A DNA stretch of 58,421 bases, filler included, from Sphacelaria rigidula (Eukaryota), in NCBI GenBank assembly GCA_964200075.2. It is 9 parts of 9 records of this genome, joined end to end, with 100 filler letters (N's around TTAATTAATTAA, not from the genome) between each part and the next. Parts side by side here need not be neighbours in the genome. Positions count along the whole stretch, not along the records: positions 19,510 to 25,911 come from CAXNAA020020292.1; positions 26,012 to 32,413 come from CAXNAA020020293.1; positions 32,514 to 38,915 come from CAXNAA020020294.1; 6 more parts are not named here. One strand, 5' to 3'. Positions within the stretch are counted from its first letter, which is position 1; each line of letters starts with the position of its first letter. Shown here piece by piece: positions 24,380 through 37,184 of this stretch. The notes under the pieces were generated by a model, which was not told where the DNA came from, did not search any database, and saw nothing but the letters and a program-made list of their open reading frames with translations. Both the position numbers and the translations under genes were made by a program.

Positions 24380-27300
24380 TACTCACAACGAAATGGCGTC
24401 GTACAGCTATGTCATTCAAGAATACAGCAAAGCATAACGGTGCAGAGAATCATTTCATCTTGGCATCAACCGTGATGTGGTGTATAAAGCAAGCATCAAG
24501 TTGTCTGTCTTATCTCACAGCACCTTTCACGATCGGCTTTCACATTTCGATCCTGTGCACTCATCCGTGAGGGTAAGGTTTTATTTCAAGGCGTATGGGA
24601 GATCACACCGCCCCAACGTTTTCATTGCTGTGTGCGAAATATTTGACCTGCCACCGCGTGTAAGCAAGCATAGCATAGCATGGTTTTTTTTTGTGGTCGC
24701 AGGTGATACCCCTTCCTAGCTTCATGTAACATCATGTTTCCCCGTATACGCCTTCGTGCGCTTCACTCATTATCTGTTTGGCGGTTCGCTTCTCGGTTAC
24801 AACTTGTCAAGGCAAAAACAAGGTTGGATAGCAGCAAACCGATGACAGTACTTGGGGCGGGGGATTGCACTCTAAATACCCACTATCCTGTTGAATGCAT
24901 ATACATATGGCACGGCTGTCATGCAACATGCACCCCAAGCATCACTACATTGCCTCATGAGGCAATCGTTATCCAAACGGTATCCAGTAAACCGTGAAAT
25001 GAATGCAAGCGGGTAGCACGATGCCTTCAGGCCGAGCAATCATGATCTTTCCTTCCCTTGGTTGTAGCTTGTCATGGCAGGGCAAAGTTGATTGATGGCA
25101 TCGCCAAGTTCTTCAAACACATGGACCCGAGTGATGGACGCAGTGCGGTCAGTTGAACTTTCAAATCCTCGCAGTTATACTATAAAATGTATAGACTATA
25201 CGGATATTTCATCTTGACTGTACGGTATGCAGTATGAACCCAACCTGAACAGCTGTAACCGCTGTTACGGGCGCACCCCAAACATCTAACTCAGTCGCTT
25301 GGCAATAACCGCTGCGCTAACGCTGTGGACACGCATCTTCAGGTGACGTAGGATGAACACAGCCGACAACGCGTTCAAGCGCACACGGGATTGACCGAGG
25401 ACCAGTTCGTTTATTCGTCATTCTCAGGCAGAAAATTTCGTCATCACATGCGGGGTTCTCGTTTGAGGCGAACAACGAATCTTCATATATGGGAGCCGAA
25501 ACATCAATCTGGTGCATGCGTTGTTGAAGGAGCGTATTTCGGAAAATCGCAAGAGGAGTGGTCAATATGTCACAGATGACAGCAGTCGACACAATAGTCC
25601 CGGTTGGAAGCATCATGATACGGACAAACGGTATAGTAGCCTCTCTTGCTTGTCCGTGCACTAGTTCGTTTTCACTACTGTCTCAATTGTTATGGTTACC
25701 ATGATCGCTGCTCAAGCACTGTAATGACGGATCTTCACAAGACTGGGCATGAAGTGAAATTTCCTACTCCAACCAAACATGTGGCATATTCACCCATGTG
25801 CAATATAGTATGCAATGATTTGTACGTACTCGCTCACCATTTATCGCAGGGCAAAACAGTTTTCCAGCACAAGGGATGATCAGTTTAACGAGGAACAGCT
25901 CATCCTGCATGNNNNNNNNNNNNNNNNNNNNNNNNNNNNNNNNNNNNNNNNNNNNTTAATTAATTAANNNNNNNNNNNNNNNNNNNNNNNNNNNNNNNNN
26001 NNNNNNNNNNNCAGGCAAGACAGGCTTTAGAAGTAAAAAACTAAAACGAGAACCGACAGCTCCCCGACACCGGAAGCACTACGGTCCTCCAAGGAACTCT
26101 AATCCAGGTGAAACGTATGGGTTATCATGTGCATATTTTATTCGAGTTGAGATATTATTGGAGTCATGTGTTTAGGTCAAAGCAAAATTAGCCCCTCAGT
26201 GTGCATTGATATGTCACCAGCATGACTAATCAATTAGCGGAGCGCGAAGTTAGACTCCTCAAGGTGTAATATATGTCACCTACATGGCTAGTCAAACAGC
26301 GAAAACGCGAAATTAGTTTCATGAGTGCATAGGATGTCACCAAGACGGTTAACAAAACAGCGAAGCCACACGTGTCAACCAACCTTGAACCAGCACAGTG
26401 CTAGAGGCACGGCAATTAATCAAGCAGGCCGACCTCTGGAAACGCGGAGACTCGAAATAGCACTAACAAAAACTCTACCCAACCTGCGAATGCACGACCT
26501 TGTCATTCCCTACCATTTAGCAAACGAAAGAAAGGGAGGTGTATTGGATGGTCTTACAGCATCCCAGCTCGCAAGCTGAGAGTAGTTGTAAACTACAGGC
26601 AGTTCAATATTCCACACCCGAAACTTTCCACGATAGCCCCCCCCCAAAACAGGCCAAAAGGTGCATCGAAGAATTGCCCATATACGGCGTCAGAGCTGGT
26701 TTGGGAGTGCACGAAACACTGCAGTCTTCAAGATGTGGGCGTGATAGCTGGTTTGGGACTGTAAGGCGCGTGCTGAACTGGCGATACTGGCGAAAATGAC
26801 AAGAATCGCGACACTTCCCATGTACTCGGTGCGCGCGGCTTATCTTACTTTGACGCTTTTTATGCTGTCCAAAGGTTGGCGATTCGTCATGCGGGCGATG
26901 TTCGAGCTGGAGGCACTCAGTTCCCCCTCCTGGACAGAAGCATGTTCGAGATTCTGAGGCAGTTGCGCGATACAGCGCCTCATAGTTGGTTCCAGCCTGC
27001 ATGAAGCGCCTCATAGAGACTCACTTGGCAACACCGAACCCGGGCCCCGACGGGAACCCCCGGCTGCTAGGTATCCTCGGCTTCCTACCTTTCCATTCAC
27101 GTGTAGATTTTGCACTCACCAATCAGCCTTTCGTTTGCGAGGGGCTATCGTTGGAAGTTCTCTGGGACGACGACATTATTCTTCATCCACGTGAGTTAGT
27201 TTAGCAGCGACTACAGAAGTTGCAACGGAGAGGTAATGCTTCATTATATTTGTAACAGACAAATCACTATCTCGGCGTCGCCAAGGATGCGCATGCAGGA

Positions 27301-28490
27301 CGCCTACCGCTGAATACCTTTCCGTCAATCCATGCAGGGCTCCACGTATCTATACTGTGCTGATGAGGACACAAGAGATGATGATGGGGAAGATCCCCCG
27401 CAGGTGCCCAATCCACGTATACAAAACAAATCATAACAACAATGGGATACCTATTCAAGCCAAGTGGGGAAACAAAATGTCACCTTGCGTCGTTTGTCTT
27501 CGAGTAGTACCTTGTTAATGATACGATACCACTGCGCAGGTGATATGACCAGACGCTGCGTCATGCGGCGCTACTCTTGGCAACAAACTCGTCGCCAGAG
27601 GCAAAAATACCCGCGCGTTTGTCTCGAGACATGTACCAATACAACATGCATCGCCTCCCGCTACTTTAGCGGCATCATCAGCTTATACTACTCAGCAGTG
27701 CGCCCGGAACCACCCCGAGTCGTGCGTCGTGTTTCCGAATCTGCTTTGGTGCTCCTCCACTTCCCCGCAGATTCAGCGGTTTTGGGGAATGTCTCTCCAA
27801 TATCTCGAACCAAGCCGAGTAGGGATCCACCCCCTTGCCCGGGGAAATATATGTACCGACTCGATACCTCGTGCTCGAATTCCGAATGAGACAGCCCCGA
27901 TGCACCCGTTTTGTGTCGCGGCGTGGTCCAGTATGGGGCAAAGACTTAGGCCGTCTGGAAGCCGTATCCATGAATTTGGACGGGTTTTTTCACTCGGAGG
28001 CTGCGGGTGAGCGGATGTCCGCGCCTTATCTCCGTATCGTTGTCATCACCTTCCTCATGCAGGCCCGAAACGAGTGCCTTCCACACGTCGGTTTCTTTAC
28101 TAGAGATGCGATTGTGACACATCTGCGTCCGAAGTTCTCGTAGAACAGCGTGAATCTTCTCCTGAACACTGCAGAAACATTTGCGGGACGCCGACGGAGA
28201 GCTCTTACAATTTAGGCCTACGGCTGTTGGCGACCGGAGATACTCATTTGAAACACAGGAATTCACTCGTGGATACCAGCGCGCACATCTCGCCCACGAC
28301 ATGGTCCCGATCCCGCAAACCAGATATGTACCCACTTAAATTATGCTTGCCGATAGTCCGGCCACCGGCGATCATAGAAACGCGAGCAGTAACATCATTC
28401 ACGGGTTTCGAGTGGAACGGGTGATGCAACTCTTTATACTTCGCAACGAGAATTTCTACATTAGCCCCTCCCCCCCTCCCCGGTACGGCT

Positions 28491-28619
28491 GGCTTTTACA
28501 TTGCCTCATGGGTGCCTAACCGGGGAGGGGGTGTACTCATGATCATGAATGACTATGGCATGCATGATCATGAGTACACCCCCTCCCCGGTTAGGCACCC
28601 ATGAGGCAGTGTAAAAGCC
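28491..28619. repeat. 129-bp near-perfect palindrome (63-bp arms, 3 mismatches, 3-nt loop)
   Basis: GGCTTTTACATTGCCTCATGGGTGCCTAACCGGGGAGGGGGTGTACTCATGATCATG is followed by its reverse complement. Confidence 0.95.
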
Positions 28620-28898
28620 GTGGCTGCCTCTGGAAGTGGCGATACCACAAAATAAAGCATGTAATTGTTGCCTGTCATTCAAATGCAAGATTATCAGCAC
28701 GCTTCGGGCTGAACGATCATAGCAAGATACAGCTCACACCCTTCATGCGACTCGCCGCACACACCACGGCTCTTTGCGCTTCGTGGTTCGAGTGCAAGCC
28801 TGGTCGGGCGAAAGCCCGGTGTGCTCCGTCCCACATTTGTAGGGGAATGCGAGGACAACGGTGTTCTGACTATGGCATGCATGATCATAAGTACACCC
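28527..28898. mobile_element. Non-autonomous TIR element (MITE-like) with terminus GGGGTGTACTCATGATCATGCATGCC
   Basis: The motif occurs at 28527 and inverted at 28868-28898; 28695-28898 is homologous to the reverse complement of 38716-38915. Confidence 0.65.
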
Positions 28899-29336
28899 GC
28901 CGTCTTCTCCCCCCCCCAGCGACATCGCCCCACATTCTCGCGAAATAGATGGTCAAGCAACGCCCGGTGTCTGCCGATATGGCCGGGTACGAATCCTAGG
29001 GTGTAAATTCCTTCAAAGTGGTTTTGTTCGGCTTTTCGCGGTTACCTTCACGTGCACATTATGCTTCCCCTAAAAAGCCGATTTTTTGGGAGTGGGAGCT
29101 ATCGTACAGAGTGTCGAAAGTTGTGGGTACCCGATCACATCCCACACGCGAAGTGATCCTTGTTTCACAAACCAGGTATGTGCCTAATTGTTTCGCCGTT
29201 GCCGATAGCCTGGTCATCGCCATTTGAAGACAGAAGGGAGTGGTGACGCCGTGTCCATTTCTATGTTTTAAACGCGCGACGCAGGTTCGACAATTGGACT
29301 ATTGAGTAATCACGTACACTGTATGATATACTCACA

Positions 29337-30000
29337 TTTGAGGAGGATGGGCGGGTTGTTTAGGGTCGGGCGTGCCGGTGGAGGAACGCTGTATGGTGGG
29401 GCTGCATGCGCTGTCGTCGCCGTTGGTCTCCAGCGTCGTCGGGGGGGCTGTCGATGAAGAGAGAGTGCGGGCAGTGAGATCATCGGCCCTGTCGCCCGCA
29501 TCTCCGTCGTGAGACGGACTATCAGGATCATAAAAAGACGAGTCATCGTCATCTGATGAAACAACGCGATCATTTTTGCGTTTTTTCCCGTTCGAGGCGG
29601 TGTTGCTGCTCCCACAGGGGCTACTAGTGGTTCTAAAGCCACAGCGGTCTCCGCCGCCGTCGCTCACGGCAATGACGGAACCTTCACCGCTCGAGTCTCG
29701 GATGGACGGAGGGGCTTGTCGACGCGCTCTGTCGGTGTCGTGGCCTCCTGACCCGTCCCTGCCCCCCTTCGTCCTCTTGCCTGGGCGTGCACCGGCGCTA
29801 TCTGTCCTGCCAGCGGTATCTCCGCCTGTGACGTCGTGGCCGTGGGCACGTGCACGGCCGGCGTTCACCACCCCGCGTCCCAAGCTACCCGCAGTCCGCT
29901 CGCCTCCGACATCGCCTGCGTGTCCGCCCCTGTCGTCTACGGCGTCGCGCACGCCGTCGCTGTGACCCCCCTTGTTGCCGCTGTCGTCCCTGGCAACTGT
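29337..30000 (-). CDS. Candidate low-complexity G/D/R/S-rich exon or pseudo-exon with an NLS-like KKRK
   Basis: GC-rich 206-aa ORF (29332-29952) ending at a consensus donor AAT|GTGAGT. No recognisable domain; upstream frames are broken. Confidence 0.35.
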
Positions 30001-33000
30001 GGCCGGCGCCGGAGATATCTTCCTCTGGTTTCGCCCTCGTCTGTGCTTGGCGGTGGAGAATGGTTTCCTGTCGGCATTATTGACGACATTCGAACCTCCG
30101 TTACATGGTCAACGGTTATTATGCATACCGCTGTCGAGACAGTCACTGTAGGATGGTAAACATATCCATAGCTTCGTGAAGTAGAAAGACAGGAGAACGT
30201 CATGTCGCTACACAGAATATATGCCTACCTGAAGGCACATTTCTATATTTTTGCGTATGCTCTCCCCCTACGACACGATGCGATGAAATTCCCCCTTCCG
30301 CGTTGGATGACGCGCACATATATCCCCCGTTTTTTTCAGTGACTCCCGAAATCACGGGGGAGCATACATGTAGTGGTCGAGTCCACAGTGTCACACATTC
30401 CCGTTTCCTGGAGGCGTGCAGCGAAACAAGCAACATATTATGATCATCTCACCACTGGGCCTTTTCTTCCGCCACTGTGAAGCGCACTACACCATCTGCG
30501 CCGCCCATTATTGACTCCAACTGCTCACAGATGATCACAGGGATGGGAATCGTCACTGGCGTGGAGTCGTCGTTGTCTTTCTGGAATGTGACTAATTTCG
30601 CCTCGAGTTTCGGACCTGGGAGGAAGGAAACAAGGGAGTCGCGTGCGCGGGTATGTCCGGGAGAAGAGGAGCAAGTTCGGGGAGGAGAGGTACCCGTCAG
30701 CGGTCCCCGCGGTCTTAACATATGTCGGATAATCGTGTCAATTGTTGTGCTGCAACAACACCGCTCAGGGCAGCAGCCTGGTTGGTAGGAGGTATCGCAC
30801 ACGCAGAGGAGGGTGGTTGGGGGAACTGTAGGACACGAACATTGCGGTCTGTTCCACTTTCTGAACTGAGGCATCGACTGCGGCTTGGTACGAAATAGGC
30901 GACATGATGCATGCGTGTCACCTGGCGGCGGAAGATACACAGCGGAATTTCTGGGAAAATATATGTGTGATGGTTCAAATCCTCAGACGGTAATCCGCAT
31001 GGGGAATGTCCCTCGCATGAAAATGCAAGGGGGTGGAGTTTTGGCTACCGACCCGATGATTCTCTGGTTTCAGGAACCAGACATCGTCTTCGTTTGTAGA
31101 CGGTTCTCGCAACTTGAAACGGGCGTGTTTGGTGACAGCAGTGAGTAGACACGGTATTTCATGTCGAACCCCTGAATGTCATTAACGATATGATCAATGT
31201 AGGGCGGCACTCAGGGGTTGAGGTATTCATCACGGCGTGTGGTAGCATTTGTGGTTCAGACCAAGATTGTTCCAGGTTCAGACCTCTGCGTACGTTGTTT
31301 GGTCACTCAATTCAGCAGCGCAGGCTGACCCCAGTCGTTTCACAAAGGAGACAACGAGCAAATAATACAGACCAGAATAGCACTTTTATCACGCCATTGA
31401 TTGTATCCGAGCTTCATCTATAGCTCAGGTATAGCACACAATTGTAACACAAACCGAAACAGGCCTAAGCTTTGATCAATAAAATACACCAGACAAAACA
31501 GCAGCCCGACTACTGCTCTTATCTCTGGGACTCACTTTCTCGCGGTCTGTAGATACTCCAATGGGGAAACTGGTGAATCGCAGCCAAAAACCGGAAAGAG
31601 AAGAGAGAGAGAGTGAGCGTAGGGCTACTAATTTGAGCGCGCTTCGCCGCCCCCAAAATCAACATAACTAAGGTCATACCATACATCCCAAATGCGTCCG
31701 CTTCATATCATGCCATGTTGGGTCACTACCTTTTTTGGAATTCAAATACATGCTCTCCGTAGAACATCAACCTCAAGGGGCAGCGAATGCTCCGCTAATT
31801 GAGCACGAAAATGTCCCATCATTCAATGTCACTTTTACCCAAGATCATGGCTACGTCCTGCAGTCACATCGTATCACACTAGCCTCCAATGGGTAAAGCA
31901 ATCGCAGGAGAACATAGTGAAACGAGGTTGCTTTACCCACACATTCCATTCCCCCACACCACAGAAAAAAATTAGAAAAAGCAAAACAAGATACTATAAT
32001 AATAAGAAAGTGTGAGACACGCTAAGGGGGGAGTACTGTGACGGGGACGTAGAGGGCGACACGATTCATGGAAAAAAAAAAAAAAAAAAAAAATCCGAAG
32101 GGGGGGAAAAACGCAAGAAACGACAACCTTCGGAAACGTAGCGCCAGAAGCTACGAAATATCCGGGAATCTAGGACAGATCCGCCGTGAAAAAACTAAAG
32201 CAGCAAAAGAGAGAAACAAGCCGGAAGTCTGTCCGCTACAAAACCTTGATACGAAGCTTTACTGCTATCATGCGAAGGGGAAATCATGTCTCATTAGACG
32301 TCCAGTTCCGCTGTCAGAGTTTGGTAAGCAGCCCGCCAAGGCGTTTCACAGTACCGGGGAAGCACAAACGATCGTAAACTTCTTTCATCAGTAGAACGCG
32401 ACGATGTTGAATGNNNNNNNNNNNNNNNNNNNNNNNNNNNNNNNNNNNNNNNNNNNNTTAATTAATTAANNNNNNNNNNNNNNNNNNNNNNNNNNNNNNN
32501 NNNNNNNNNNNNNTGAAAACTTCTGACGCTCACTACTATACCCTGCCTCCCCCCCCCCCTCCCGTCCATATGTCAACCATCGAAACCACACGAAAGTTTT
32601 CTTGCCGCGCAGTCAGCCCACGGCACCCGCAAAGTGGTACACGCACCAGCAATACAGAACCGCAGCGCACCTCCAAGAAACCCTCGTCCAATGAAACACT
32701 ACAACCCCAGCTCGCACACACGATGACATGGAAAGGAAAAAAAAGAAGCATTCACGCTGGTATCATCTCGGTGCCAATTCCTGGACAGTAGTCACGCCTG
32801 CCCAGAGCCGACTGAAGAAGTGCGCTACGGATGTAACACATCGACAGCACTTCGCTCAAATCACCCTCAGTCACGAATCCTGCTCCGCCGGAAAGTTGCT
32901 GCAGATAGGACTAGCAAGCACATAACTCAGCCTTCTGATTCAAGGGACTTCTGGCTCAAGGAAGGGAGCAGAGGCATTGGCCATCGTCGATTACTCAGGT

Positions 33001-35908
33001 GGGGACAAGGCTGTGAACGCGCGGCAGATGGTATCTACCTAATGCCCGCAGAACGTGATTCCGTCACCCTAGCTGGCGCGCTCCGAATATATTATAGCTC
33101 CCAAAGGCGGCCCTGGTGTGTGACGAATAGATCGTAGAGCGCCGCCAGCACCACAACGCCTATAGCTGCCAAATACCTGGGTATGTGTTCGAAACGCACC
33201 AGGTGGAGAACGAGAGAGCCCAAGTATTGGGCTATTGTCAAAAGAAGATTATACTCGTTGCGAAGATACCCGCAAATTTGAAACCTCGGTCTCGGGTCAG
33301 TGGAAATGGCTCTGCGCGTTGGTTTGCTCGTGCACTTGTTGATTTCATGTGTGAGTACTGTCCCCAGGTAAACGATCCTCGATGAACCATGGTCGAAAAA
33401 ACGGTCCATCTTCCCATTAGAAAGTGGCGTCCAAATAACATTTGTTCAACCCGCATGCAACGGTGGACAGCCGTGAACAATTTAATCCCATCTGGTGAGG
33501 TATTGACATACGGAAAGTTCGTGAATATTTCCATCAGTGATGTCCTCCTATGAATCGTTCCTACTGACGATCATCTCACCCCCATCGCCGTACTATAGTT
33601 CATACGTTTCCCCATGAGAAAGAGGAAGCCAAACTCCGATATCATTGGCCGGCTACACAACGCGCATACTGACAGCAGCGCTTGCTGAACTCTATGCTCT
33701 ATCCCTTGAATTGGTATTATTGTATAGACTGCTTACTCCGTGGCGGGTACGTTCTGTTGTGTTCAAAGTCGCTCGTTGGGTGGCATCGCAAGATACTAAC
33801 AAACCACACAATAGAAATCGGGAAAGCTGACAGGGTCACGATAGAACGGAACCGGAATGCTCATGGAACAGAGGGAGTGCATATCGGAGCGAATCGGGGC
33901 CAAGGTACAACGGAAAATCTAAACAAACAACGGAAAATCTGAATAACCTTACGGGACGACACGGGTAGGGCCAACCCTCCGTGCAGCCTCAATATGGATT
34001 TTAGATGGCGCTACCTTTATATTCCTCATTACACTAAGACCATGACACCCTCCCACTGTTGCGGCCCCAGCTTCCTTCTCCCCAATGCCCATTTGAACGC
34101 CTCCGTCGTTTGACCAATGGTGAGAAAATATCGGATTTCGGGGATGGACGTTTTATACTTGACTCCTATTTCAGCGAGACAAATTACAGCACCCTGTGAG
34201 CATAATGGATTGCGAGAGCGAATGCAATATATCTCTCAGGTAAGGGTCAACCCCTGGTCGACGTTCTGGATAAGGGTGGAGTGATGTGCAGCAAGGGAGG
34301 GCGGATTCTGTCGCTGCCTTGGTGTTCACCACCCTCTCCCGTGCAGCCGAGATCCAATGCATTGCGAGCGACTACCCGCTCTTGTTTACATCGCTATGAA
34401 AGTCACCGAACTGAAGCCAATTATCTGGGATTATCAGGATTTCACTTACAAAAGACTATCGAAGCTGTCACTCTGTATGTACCTCAGCTCTTTTTGGGCA
34501 TCTTCAGGTAGAACTTCGTAATCATAGAAGGTGTCCCAAATGCGACCATCTAATTGGTCGACAAGGTAAAATGCAAGACTGGAAGTGCAGCAGGTATATC
34601 CGAGGCTGTCAACGTTTCCCCACAGATGTACTCGAGATTCCAGAGTTCCTGAAAGTGGGCAGCAACGGTATCAGAAGTTCGCCCGAGCACTGTGACACAG
34701 AATTCGGTCGGAGACGGGCGGAAACGAATTCTCGTGTGCGCCAACAGTAGTTACCAGCCATCATATGAGAAGTAGATGGTCCTCACACCGCTTACAGCGT
34801 ATACTGCCACCGTCGGCTGCTTGAATTTAGAGGGGTGTACTTTTCATCTATTGATTTTTCATTTATTTATTTATTTGTCGCGCTTTGAACTCCTCCCCTC
34901 CCTCGCGACGAGTCCATGGTCTCAAGGGATCAACCCATATCTCCTTGCATTTTGATCTCGCGGATTGGGATAGCACTCCCGCACCGCGTCAACTCTCGTC
35001 AAACAAACTCGGTCAACTACTTTAGCCGACGGCATTGCTGTCAGTCGGTTTTCGAGTGTCTGCGTAGCGCTTCCTCACGCTAGCGTGCCCGTTTCTCTAT
35101 ATGTGATGTGCGCTTGTGTGTGGGAGTGTTGATGTACGTCCCAGGGGGCGCCAGATTGGGACGGTGATTTTCATGTGCCGCTTCGTGCAAAAATCAAGCA
35201 ATTGACGTCAGAAAAAGGTACTGGGCGAGCGACCAAGGTTCTCTCGACCGTACATGTATGTATGGTAACAAAGCTTTGCAGAATATGATTTGGCATGGTT
35301 CCCCTCGCGCGCTCTTCCTCCATTTCCGCTTTTTGTTGGTCGTTCGAACTTGGTAGACACGCTACCTGCCCGGATGATTGGTTCAGCCCCCGCGGGATAG
35401 TGGAAAGGGGTACAGGCAAGCACCGGTGGAGGTACGCCTGCTTACGCAGTGGCTACCAAAGGATTGGAGTGTTGGAAGGGCAAGCCAAACAAGGAATTGC
35501 GGGCTCAACTTGACCCTTTTGAACCCCACCCCGTGTTAGTAGTACTGTAAATGCTGATGAGCATGTGATGTAGGATTGTACTCTACTGTTCGGTGCGGTG
35601 CGGTGCGGTGCTGAACGGCACTCCACTGTCACCGCACAACACAACACTTGTGCCGACGGTGACCGGAGTGGAGTGCGCATGGGCACTCATTTTAGCGTGC
35701 GTGGTGGATTGTGATCTTGTGTTTCATTCTCTTTACTTCTTCTCCCTTTTTTTGTTTTAGGTCGTCCATTTATCGCTGTTCTTCTTGCTTGTGTTGAATT
35801 ATTTATTACTATTTTCGTTACGACTTTGTCTGCTATGCCGTTCTGTTCGACTTTTTTTCCTGTTCCTTCTTTGCATGAGAGCGTGTTTTAATTTCGTTTT
35901 TCTTGGGT

Positions 35909-35990
35909 ACGTCTATCATGAGATCACGGCTGAACTCCTCGGGGGTCAGTTAAAGTGCTACAATCAGTTAAATCAATCATCATCAATCAA
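35909..35990 (+). mobile_element. 3' end of a (CAAT)-tailed retroelement
   Basis: ACGTCTATCATGAGATCACGGCTGAAC...GTCAGTTAAAG.GC.ACAATC closely matches 36857-36933 and follows a T-rich tract. Confidence 0.7.
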
Positions 35991-36464
35991 TCTCTACACG
36001 TACGACCAGCCAGCAGAGAGCCCTCTTGGTCGTTCGCGAGGGTGGGGTTCAAAGGGTTAACGGGACCAGAAAAAAGGGCAAGGGAAGTAAAACGTCCACA
36101 AGCAGCATCTTGGTTCTCCGTGACACCACGCAGCGATAGGAAAACCGCGGCATTCAATCAAGATGCTGCTTTTGGGGGATTTCAATATTTTCAGCTTTTT
36201 TTCGGTTCCGACAAGATGAGCCCTCAGACCAACTCTCGTGGCACCCGGTAATGAATCGTACAAAAATGGTATATTTCTTTGAGCATGCGCAGGCATTTTT
36301 CTCACCCGGATTCGGTATTTCGTACGGCTGAATCGAAAATGAGTAGATGAACCGGTATCGAAATATAACGTGAGGAGAAATGAAATTCAATACTTCGAAG
36401 TATGATTTGATCAAGCCCGAGAAGTGACACTTTCTACGACATCCCCCCCCCCCCAAAGCCAGCG

Positions 36465-37182
36465 ATGCTCCGCCTCGAAATGGATGCGTGGTCAATGGTC
36501 AAACGACTAAGTGTGTGTGTGTTGCGTTGTCGTCCCATTTATTCTTGGCGCCGGTCTGCCCCTTTCGGCATGTATGGGCGCACCAGCCGGGGTCACACAG
36601 GAGGAAGATCAACACAGGAGCATGTCTCTTTTTCATTTGTTTCAAGTAGCCCACCTTCCTTCTGCGGTGCTTGCCATTATTTATTATCGCGGGCGGGGTT
36701 CAGTAGTCCCTTTCCCTCGTCGACCGGTAAGTCGAATTTTGTGTACCCACAACATAGTCGCTCTCCACTGTTGGGCATTGTGTGAGAAAAAAACCCGGAT
36801 CGTTCCGAGATTTGAACCCATGACCCAACCGTCAGAAGGTTTCGAGGTTACCAACTACGTCTATCATGAGACCACGGCTGGACCCCTGGGGGATCAGTTA
36901 AAGAGCGACAATCAATCAATCAATCAATCAAATGAGCCACCGGGGCGACCGGCCTAAGGCAGGCAACAAATGAGTACGCCCCCCACCCAAAAAAACAGCC
37001 GGAACCAGCCACAAAACAATGGTTATACAGGGCCTGATGTTTGGGTTCAGGTTGGATGAAGCGCCTCACACGGGCGACATTGGCGAAAACGAACCCAAGC
37101 GTGGGAACTCCCAGCTGCTCGTTGTGCTCCGCTTTTATTTCATTTTGATATACGTGTAGATTTGGCCTCCTCAATCCAGCCA
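36465..37182 (+). mobile_element. LINE 3' fragment interrupted by a SINE
   Basis: Removing the SINE (36512-36953) and one CTAAG copy restores ...GTCAAACGACTAAGGCAGGCAACAAATGAGTACGCCCC, which matches the reverse complement of about 37190-37258. Confidence 0.75.
36512..36953 (-). mobile_element. tRNA-derived SINE with a (CA)n tail and CTAAG target-site duplication; A box interrupted by a ~77-bp insertion
   Basis: Minus-strand head GCCGGTCGCCCCGGTGGCTC|AGTTGGTAACC...GGGTTCAAATCTC carries Pol III A and B boxes. CTAAG lies at 36507-36511 and 36954-36958. Confidence 0.8.
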
Positions 37183-37184
37183 CT

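Noticed and set aside
34550..34744. GST C-terminal-like motif YICGETLTASDI
   Set aside because: The resemblance is too short and there is no supporting exon structure.
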